DNA from: Eledone cirrhosa
Lineage: Eukaryota
Reading direction: 5' to 3'
DNA length: 64,000 nucleotides
Assembly: GCA_964016885.1 (NCBI GenBank)
Contig: OZ024755.1
Coordinates: 28,520,001-28,584,000, forward strand
Both the position numbers and the translations under genes were made by a program. Below, one piece after another: positions 53,137 to 64,000 of this stretch (its first letter is position 1; each line of letters begins with the position of its first letter). The notes under the pieces were generated by a model. That model had not been told where the DNA came from, did not search any database, and saw nothing but the letters and a program-made list of their open reading frames with translations.

Positions 53137-54356
53137 ATGGTGGCTGCCAACTCGTTTTCGAGTACGGCCACTACCTTATATCCATGTAGGAGAACCCCTA
53201 CCGATGCGCTGAACGAGTGTGACTTTTTAGTCCAGCCAGCGACTTGAAAACTCTGGTACAAACACTACACTTGTGACAATTATTGACACATAATGCTGGG
53301 CCCAAGGTACCATGTGACGACAAGTGCAGAGAGATCTCCAGATATAAAGCAATGCCTCTGCCGTGAAACTTTTATAGTGAGCAAAGGCACTGCACAAAGC
53401 CAGTCCCACTCTCTTAACCAAGATGATATTTACCAAAAAAAAGAACAAGTCAACATCATTGGATACCATCAGGGTTGCAGGTGTTATATCAGAGTTTTCC
53501 TTCTCCTAGAATTCTGCCTTGACAAAGGCTAAGGGGTCATCTCTTCCGGTGATTTTGGATGGCCATTGACTCTTAAGAGCTCCTTTGCCCTTTGACAAGT
53601 TTTGTTTTTAGTCCTGCAGGATGTCCAAAGTCACCCTCCTCACCAAGAAACCTTGGTGGGGTTGCCAGTTTAGTCGCCAACGACCCGATCATGAGACAGG
53701 TTGTACTGGGATACATGCTACCAGTAGCACTAACATACATACATACATGGTGGCTGCCAACTCGTCTTCGAGTACGGCCACTACTTTATATCCATGTAGG
53801 AGAACCCCTACCGATGCGCTGAATGAGTGTGACTTTTTAGTCCAGCCAGCGACTTGAAAACTCTGGTACAAACACTACACTTGTGACAATTATTGACACA
53901 TAATGCTGGGCCCATGGTACCATGTGACGACAAGTGCAGAGAGATCTCCAGATATAAAGCAATGCCTGTGCCGTGAAGCTTTTATAGTGAGCAAAGGCAC
54001 TGCAAAAAGCCAGTCCAACTCTCTTAACCAAGGTGATATTTACCAAAAAGAAGAACAAGTCAACATCATTGGATACCATCAGGGTTGCAGGTGTTATATC
54101 AGAATTTTCCTTCTTCTAGAATTCTGCCTTGACAAAGGCTAAGGGGTCATCTCTCCCGGTGATTTTGGATAGCCATTGACTCTTAAGAGCTCCTTTGCCC
54201 TTTGACAGGTTTTGTTTTTAGTCCTGCAGGATGTCCAAAGTCACCCTCCTCACCAAGAAACCTTGGTGGGGTTGCCAGTTTAGTCGCCAACGAGCCGACC
54301 ATGAGACAGGTTGTACTGGGATACATGTTACCAGTAGCACCAACTGGTGACCTGAC
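53137..54356 (-). mobile_element. Two tandem subfamily B RTE-derived elements (53137-53730, 53747-54356)
   Basis: Near-identical to 7769-8375; joined and flanked by (CATA)n. Confidence 0.85.
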
Positions 54357-54629
54357 ATACATACATACATACATACATACACACATATATACATGCTGTA
54401 AAAATTCGGGATGTTCTATCCGAAGATGGTAGAGCACTCAGTCTAATGGGGGAATTCGGTAGAGACTTAGTTCGACAACAAATTAGCAAACCGTATTCGA
54501 GGACACATGTTTTACCTGAGCTATTTTCAACACCTGTATAGATAATTTGTTTAGGAACTAACTCACGCCTTTCTCCGTCTATATACGCATATATATATAA
54601 AAACAGATTAACTTCGTTTATTCATATTT

Positions 54630-54692
54630 GCTGTTATATATATATATTTCGGTGATAAATATTGTTCAACAGCTATGACCTCATCAGACCGC
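54630..54692 (-). ncRNA. Minimal hammerhead motif in inverted Penelope-like pair 54605-54930
   Basis: GCgGT CTGATGA GGT-24nt-ACC GAAA (TA)n ACaGC; the surrounding sequence forms a diverged inverted repeat. Confidence 0.6.
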
Positions 54693-55069
54693 TACAACTT
54701 GAACAGGAAAAACAGACAAACTTAATGATGGAACAAAGTTTACGTCTGTTATTTCGATGTTTTGATATGCGCATTCACAAAGTCTGGTGTTGATTTCTCA
54801 AAGAACTTTGAGAGATTTGTTCCATCATTATGTTTTTTTTTCTGTTTTTTTTCTGTTCAAGTACGAGTTGTCTGTAATGGTTATATCAGAAATATATATA
54901 ACAGCGAATATGGGAATAAACGAAGTTAATTTTAACCTATTGACTTACACTTCTTGTTTTTAAATTCCTCTGGTGTAAACAGACCCACCTACGCACTTAG
55001 TTGAGTGCTCTACCCTGCATACTGAAGTGTCGGTAACTAATCAACACATACTCAGATTTACAGACACCT

Positions 55070-55412
<343 letters not shown>

Positions 55413-55829
55413 TATATATACACATATAACTAGTGTCCTGTTAAATTGTCTGGGCAGTGCTGGTATATTTGGTAGGGTTTCAGCATCGAATGGTGTGGAT
55501 GTACACGACAAGAGCTATTACAATCAACACACCAGTTGTGGCAGCATCAATAACAACAGCAGTAACAGCAACACCACCCACTGATACTTTAACTGTGCCC
55601 CTCTTTATGGCATTAATGACAACGTATACGGCAACAGTGCTATAATAAACATAGACAATTTCATGCTCATTTATTGTCCGTGGGGACAGTGTCAGTCAGA
55701 ACAGAAACGGCTACCCCCATTGCTTCTATATCTACGATAGCGACAGCTACAGCAACTACACCACCAATAACAACGACAGCGACAACAGTAATAACTGCTA
55801 CAACGACTGCAGAGAAGTTATAATAATAC

Positions 55830-56900
55830 TTGTTTCCTTATTAGCCACACAGAGTTAACATTAAGAAAACATTAAAGACGGCACACGACGAGACAATGTA
55901 GGTTTGCTTAGTATAAAAAAAATGTTGTAACAAAAACTAAAATATATACGTGAAAATTCAAACAAAATAAATTCCCCAATAGTAGGGAGACCTCCGAGCG
56001 TTCTTCGGAATCAAGTGCCCCTTTCCTGACTGCAGATAAGTGCCATTTTCTTCAGTTTCCAGGCGCACATTCTAAGCAGGCCTATTCACTCGAACCATGC
56101 TCGCCAGTTTCACCCACATGTCAACAAACTAGTCGGCAGGCAGATCTCCCTTTTCCACTCTCATTTTCCTCTTCAAATGAAATCTGAAAAATGGAAGAGG
56201 AACCAGTTTGTCTTCAACACTTTCAAACGCGCCCACCACACGAACTCTTTAGCCATTATCACCTGGCACATAAAAACTGCTTGTCCATCCCGGTTGATGG
56301 AAGGTGATGGAACAATATTCGTGATGAACTCAGTGGATAGTCCGATCCGTTCTATACGTAACAGTAGGTGTTCTACATAAATCCATATGTCAGTAATATT
56401 CGGACAATGAGTGCGAACAGGCCCAGGTGACGGCATTTCCAATGCCCAGAATGTATCTCGAACTGGCAGTGTTCCCTAATAGCATTGCAAGGTCAGAGAT
56501 TGCGTGAATTTATCCACAGGGCCTCTGGAAAATCATTGTTAATTCATTTTCGTCGACGCTCAATCTTCCCAAGAATGTCGTCGATTTTACCCACAGATAA
56601 CACTCTATAGAACGCCAATGTGGGTTTACACTGATCGTTCTGGCCAATCAGCAGAGGGCAGTGAGTGCTTTAATGAATTCCTATTTTTCAAGCACTCCGC
56701 CTCGGTTTTCGCTTGGCAAAAGACTGCAGCTGTGCGAAGGTAAGGAGCTGTTGAAACGTATATATCTAAGAGCAACCATACCTGATTTTCTCTCAGTCAA
56801 TGCCAGATTGGGGAGCTATCTCTTGATTTTGATGGAGCTGGCTTCAGCCCTGGGAAAGGTGTGTAGTCCAAGAGGAGTTGGTGGCTCTCGCCGTGAATTA
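55830..56900 (-). mobile_element. Tx1-like (L1 clade) LINE 3' fragment
   Basis: Minus strand GTLPVRD, degenerate zinc knuckle HCPNITDIWIYV, AKEFVWWARLK; ends near (TAA)n. Confidence 0.65.
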
Positions 56901-57504
56901 TATTATTGTAATGAGTACCACTTAGTTTCTTATAATCATAGCAATACAACTTTGAGTAATATACTCATGTAACATCAGATACAGGAACCAGCTGTTAGGT
57001 ATGTTCTGCAGTCAGTAAGATGTGCTCTGTTGTATTCTCTCATATTATATCTAAGTTCATCCTCAGACAGACAGACTTTACCACAAACTGTACAAATAGG
57101 AACATTTCCAATAAGTTTCTCGATGATTTTGTATTATTTTCCACTTAATATTTACCTGTATTAACCTGTTTTACGCAAATATGTTGACACCATTCCATGC
57201 ATTGTAATGCCAGCTTAAGTGATACGGTGCAAGACTTGCCTACTTGTTTTGCTTGTTTTTTTTATAATTAATTCCTACATTCTTCAGGTTTCCCTGCTAT
57301 GCTTCCTTCAACCAGATGAATCTAGAACATCAGAGGAACGAATGGATTTCGTTTAATGTTCAAAACATACATATATACACAACCACATCCATCCATCCAT
57401 ATATATATATATATATATGTGTATATATACGTACATACACACACACACACACTCACACATACATACACACACTCACACACAAACACAAATACACACATAC
57501 ATAT

Positions 57505-57730
57505 AATCGACAGTCGAGCGAATAGATCCCAGACCTCATTCGCTTAACGATTGGGGCGTAGCTCGTCGAATCGGACCATGGAAAAATATTTCCATTGACC
57601 ATTCCAACTGCTAATACTGTCTGTCGGTCTCAAATTCGGGCAGAAAGAGTAACGTGAAATAAAGTGTCTTGCTCAAGGACATAACGCATCGCCCGGTCTG
57701 GGAATCGAAATAACCTCACGATTCCGAATT
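57505..57730 (-). mobile_element. CORE-like tRNA SINE
   Basis: Homologous to 45890-46106. Confidence 0.75.
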
Positions 57731-57808
57731 CATACATACATACATTCATACACACACACACATATATATATATACCTACATATATGGAAGTATGTATGGT
57801 TACATTAT

Positions 57809-58317
57809 GTCAGGTCGCTCTCAAGTGCTACTGGTAACATGTAACCCAGTACAACCTGTCTCATGGTCGGGTCATCGGCGACTAAACCGGCAAACCCTAC
57901 CAAGCTTGCTTGGTGAGGAGGGTGATACTTGCACACCCTGTGGGATGAAATACAAGACCCGGCAAAGGGCAGAGTCAATGGCCATCCTAATAGTACTTTT
58001 TCACCTAGGAGTGAAAGGCCCCCAGTTGTTGTCACAGCACCTTCCTAAGAGAGGGAAACTGAAAAAAATCCTGTGGCTTCGGAAACTTCCGATGATGTTG
58101 ACCAGTTCTCCTTTTAGGGTAGTGTTTTCGATGTTCAGAGAGTAGGCTTGGTCGAGTGCAAGGTCTTTCCCCACTTAAAAAAACAATTCAAAGCACAGGC
58201 GTTGCGTGTTTAGATTATGTTACAGGCTTGTGTGGCTCTCCGTAGCTTAAAAGTGCACCAAACTCTATAATCTGACAAACGATTGCAATATTTCTTAGCA
58301 GATTCTGCAGCCATCAT
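57809..58317 (+). mobile_element. Non-autonomous RTE-derived element, subfamily A
   Basis: Homologous to 7021-7547. Confidence 0.75.
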
Positions 58318-58584
58318 ATACAGTTACCTATGTATATATACATATGTAACCGTATATGATGATAAATGGATAGATAATGATAGATAAATGGATAGAGATA
58401 TAGTTGCCCATAAAAAGAATTATATTTAAATTCGTTGTTCTGACACTAGTCAGAAAGGAGATGGTGGACGTTTTATAAACATTACGCGTCAGAAGAAAAG
58501 TATGGAGGAAAAGTCGAAGTCCATATATTAAAATCTAGTACAAAGTGGCTGTCACGTGTTCACCGGCTTATTATGGCAGAATGT

Positions 58585-58659
<75 letters not shown>

Positions 58660-58844
58660 TATAAATGGTCTGGAACTAGCTGGTAAAACGTCAAGAACTC
58701 AGTGATCGGGCTCCCGACTTTATAATACAACCATACTCTATTAACCCAATAATATATTTATTAAACACATATACTCTGCTATGTATTGAGTACCTTACTT
58801 ACTGTGGTTACCCCCGAATGAACCCGACACACACACATATATAT

Positions 58845-58905
<61 letters not shown>

Positions 58906-59436
58906 CGAGTGTGTGTGTGCGCGTGTGTGTGTGTAAAAGGTAAACAGAAATAACAACACAATTGGTACAGTATATGGAAGGAATATATTAGATTAACGCT
59001 TGAAATAGCAGGAAGAAGGCTTTAACGTTTTGGACGTTAGTCCTTCATCAGAAGAAAGAATGAGAAATAAGATAGATTGAAGGGACGAGTGGGGTGAAAT
59101 TGGAAAAAAAGTTTTGCCATCTCTTGGTAAATATATATATATATATATATGTTTTTCTGAGTGAGGTACCAAAATCAGCACTCTATACTATGGCAGATTG
59201 TATACATCAGGAACAAATCGGTTTTTATTAATATCGATTATGCAGGAGTAAAATGGTTGTAACTGTGTATAATCAATAAAAACTTTAACGTGACTCCGAG
59301 TTTTGCTCTTAATATATATAATTATAGTTAAAGAGAAAAAAATTCCAAAGCTTAATTGCAAAAATACAAAGTATAATTAGGTTCTGGCTTGGGAATGAAG
59401 AATATAATAACAATCAGGAAGCATTATTACTTCAAA

Positions 59437-59980
59437 GGATGGTGGATTGGCAGTATCGGTAGAGGGTCGGACGCCATGCTTTCCAGCATGAGTTCAAATC
59501 CCGCTGAGGTTGACTTTGTCTTTCATCCTTACGGGGTCGATAAAATAAAGTACCAGTAATGCACTGTGATAATTGCTGGCCTTGTGCCAAAACATAGAAA
59601 CAATTATTATCGTTATTATTAAAATCCCACCGAGGTTAACTTTGCTTTCATCCTTACGGGGTCGATAAAATAAAGTACCAGTAATGCACTGGGATAATTG
59701 CTGGCCTTGTGCCAAAACGTAGAAACAATTATTATCGTTATTATTAAAATCCCACCGAGGTTAACTTTGCTTTCATCCTTACGGGGTCGATAAAATAAAG
59801 TACCAGTAATGCACTGGGATAATTGCTGGCCTTGTGCCAAAACGTAGAAACAATTATTATCGTTATTATTAAAATCCCACCGAGGTTAACTTTGCTTTCA
59901 TCCTTACGGGGTCGATAAAATAAAGTACCAGTAATGCACTGGGATAATTGCTGGCCTTGTGCCAAAACGTAGAAACAATT
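59437..59980 (+). repeat. S1 SINE followed by 125-bp tandem amplification of its 3' half (4 units)
   Basis: Units are 125 bp apart, as also shown by the ORF track. Confidence 0.9.
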
Positions 59981-60068
59981 TTTACTTCAAAGAATCGGAC
60001 ATAAGTATTTCTATATTTACAGAGAAATCTATTGAAGTTTTATAAGTTATACATATATATATGTATAC

Positions 60069-60104
<36 letters not shown>

Positions 60105-60117
60105 ACATACTTTATGG

Positions 60118-60180
<63 letters not shown>

Positions 60181-60182
<2 letters not shown>

Positions 60183-60356
60183 CGAAGGAAATGTGGTAAG
60201 GAACCAGATGGACCCTAACGCACCAAAGTACTCAATACTTAGGGTAGTAGAGTGGGTAATATGAACAAGTATGACCCCGAGGGCAGAGCTCAAGCCCTTT
60301 CGACGGCTAATTCTAGAAACGGCTTGAGCTCTGCCGCCGGGGTCATACTTGTTCCT
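60181..60356 (-). mobile_element. P1 fold-back copy
   Basis: P1 tail plus hairpin; TA-flanked. Confidence 0.8.
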
Positions 60357-60379
60357 ATATATATATATATATATATACA

Positions 60380-60429
<50 letters not shown>

Positions 60430-60589
60430 TATGTCTGTCTGTGTGTTTTTGTGTGTCTGTGTGTGCGTGTGCATGAGTGCGTGTGTTTCTGTGTATGCTA
60501 TACAAATTTCGTGTTACATAAAGTATTTGTCAAACGACACCGGCAAATACAGAGCTGCCTTCGTTTATATGCTCATATATACACACGCA

Positions 60590-60726
<137 letters not shown>

Positions 60727-60966
60727 AGTGTGGTGTATTAGAGGTGCAAATTAATTGCGTCCGCAGGCTGTATTCCAAGATGTGCACCCGATACTCGTGG
60801 GGAGCAGCGTCTACATGTTAACACATATCTCAGAAGCTTCCGAATCCGAAGTCAGGATCGATCAAGAATCCACCGTCCCTCGAGCTGATCGGCAGTGAAA
60901 CACATGTGATGTGAAACAAAATATGCATGTGATGCAACAAAGACTCTTTGTTCTCTTTTATATCCC

Positions 60967-61040
<74 letters not shown>

Positions 61041-61044
<4 letters not shown>

Positions 61045-61233
61045 AACCAGTAAGACCCCGACGGCTGAGCTCAAGCCGTTTCGACGGCTAATTCTGGACT
61101 CAAATTAGCCGTCGAAACGGCTTGAGCTCAGCTGTCGGGGTCTTACTGGTTCCTATTACCCACTCTACTACCTTAAGTATTGAGTACTTTGGTGCGTTAT
61201 GGTCCACCTGGTTCCTTACCACATTTCCTTCGT
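61041..61233 (+). mobile_element. P1 fold-back copy
   Basis: Hairpin taggaaccagtaagacccc...ggggtcttactggttccta plus tail. Confidence 0.85.
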
Positions 61234-61264
<31 letters not shown>

Positions 61265-61714
61265 GAAAAAAAATGAAACGAAATTACATTTCCCACTCTT
61301 AGTACGGCTGTTACTTAAATATAAGTATGTATACGTACATACATATATGTATACAGACGTACAGAAGTATGTATATATATATACATACATGCACACATAT
61401 ATATATATGTACGTATGGATTCACCGAACATTTATTATAATGTTCGGTGTGTTTGTAAACAAACATCCCGTATTAAGCCGTAGTGTCTAGCAACCACCGT
61501 TGCTCGTTTGTTCAACACTGACAAAGGAACGCTGTACTAGTTTCAAGCTTATTAGCTATCGTCAGCAACGTATACCTTCCTGCTAGATTGTTGAACGTAT
61601 ATACTTAACTTATGCATATTAACGGCTGAGTAGCCCAATTTGCATATCGAGTGGGTTAATCGGCCGGGTGCACCGAAAACGATAAACGGAAAAAAATGAA
61701 AAAATCAAATATAT

Positions 61715-62083
<369 letters not shown>

Positions 62084-62281
62084 CGTGTGCACTACCAAAT
62101 TTATATACTTCATGTTTATCTATAATACATGTCATTTAATAGTGAATACATAGTATACTATAAAACTATTAGAACTGCCAATACTATCACGTACCTAAAC
62201 AAGAGCACATGTTCTGGATCCATACCACTTAGATATCTATAAACACTCGCACAAACACATACACAGAGTTTCAAACACACA

Positions 62282-62338
<57 letters not shown>

Positions 62339-62384
62339 CCACACACACACACAATTACACACATATATATATATATATAAATTC

Positions 62385-62573
62385 AGGACGCCGACGGCTG
62401 AGCTTCGGCCGTTTGGACAGCTAGTTCCGAACTGTTCGGGTCGGTCGGATCTAGCTGTCGAAACGGCTGGAGCTCATCCGTCGGGGGCGTCCGGACTCTT
62501 TTCCTATTACCCACTTTACTACCGCAAGTATCCAGTACTGTGGTGGGGGCTATGGTCCGCCTGGCATTTTACC
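62385..62573 (+). mobile_element. Diverged P1-related fold-back copy
   Basis: tagctgtcgaaacggctggagctcatccgtcgggg...ttcctattacccac. Confidence 0.65.
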
Positions 62574-63202
62574 ACACACACACATACACACACACTATCC
62601 GATATATATATATATGTATTTATATATATGTATTTATATATGTATGTGTGCATGTGTGTGTGTGTGTGCATGTGTGTGTGTGTGCATGTGTGTGTGTGTT
62701 ATGTAATGTTCTTGTTTATACCCGTATCCCCCCCCCTATTGCCGTGCATGTGTGCATACGTGTTAACATAAGTTACATATTCAGCAACGTCTCTCAACCA
62801 CTGGCTACTCCTATGTTAACACATACTGGGATAAATAATAGCTTAGCACACATTCAATGTACACGCTGTTCACATATGCAGATTTCATGCATCTTCTTTC
62901 ATGGGCACACACACACACACACACAAACATACATACACACTCATACACGCACACACACTCACACGCACACACACACACACAAACGCACACATACACACAC
63001 TCATACACGCACACACACTCACGCGCACACACACACACACACTCATGCACATACACTCATGCACACACACATACCACACCACAAACACACATAGACAAAG
63101 ATACACATATACACATACAAAGACACAGACAGAGGCACACAAGTACAGACACTCATGCACACTTCGCAATCACTGTTGCACACACACACAGATATATCTA
63201 TC

Positions 63203-63238
<36 letters not shown>

Positions 63239-64000
63239 CACACATATATATATATATATATAAACACACACATGCATATATATATATATATATATATAAT
63301 AAACAGACACATGCATATATATTTATATATATATATATATATACATATAATGAACACACACATGCATATATATATATATGTATCTATAATAAACACACAC
63401 ATGCATATATATATATATATATATAAAGACACACACACACCTTATATATATATATATGCACCCTACATACATGTGTGTGTGTAATTGTGTGCATATGTGT
63501 AAAGATAGAAGGTTATAACTTTCTTATTCGTCACATCTGTTTATATATATATATGTATATATATGCACACACACACACACACACTCACACACACATCCAT
63601 GTATATGCATATCTGTGTTCTTGAATATATATATATACATATATATATATATGTGTGTGTCTGTGTGTGTGCATCCAGAGAGGGAGAGATAGAGAGATGC
63701 AGAGAAAGAGAGAGAGAAATACATACAGAGCGAGAGAGAGAAATACATACAGAGCGAGAGAGGGGGAAAGAGAGACAGAGAGAGCGAGAGGAGAGAGAGA
63801 TAGAGAGATAGAGAGAGTGGGGAGGGGGAGGGGGGAGACGAGAGACAGACAGACCGGCTAGCAATCGGACCGACAGCTATATAGATCGTTAGATCAATAC
63901 TTCAATTTAGGGTAACACATATCAACATATCAACATATCAACATAACAACATAACAACGGTGGCAACAATTATCACACATGCTTGCTATCAATGCGACTA

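Noticed and set aside
57288-57357. Good-looking splice acceptor ttcttcag followed by a short frame
   Set aside because: No donor or homology; cannot be supported from sequence alone.

Overview
AT-rich, microsatellite-saturated animal DNA with no host gene that I can support. The SINE and MITE families suggest an octopod cephalopod (inference). Almost all ORFs in the track are translations of (TA)n, (CA)n, (CATA)n or (CAC)n tracts. Recognisable content: many tRNA-derived SINEs of two families; non-autonomous RTE-derived elements sitting in (GTAT)n; RTE LINE 3' ends, one with a clean twin-priming inversion; an internally deleted R4/Dong-type LINE; a Tx1-like fragment; a Gypsy integrase relic; a Chapaev3-like transposase relic; hAT and piggyBac MITEs; and numerous Penelope-like fold-back remnants carrying hammerhead ribozyme (HHR) motifs. 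The stand-out feature is 39008-42459, an array of about 7.4 copies of an apparently identical 465-bp non-coding unit. Each full unit carries an intact minimal type I hammerhead (AATATTG-CTGATGA-GATGTaacaACATC-GAAA-CTAG-TC^CAATATT). The copies form two head-to-head arms inside a (TA)n tract. This looks like a very young retrozyme/Penelope-pLTR concatemer predicted to release a 465-nt (circular) RNA. All ribozyme calls are by-eye folds and are untested.
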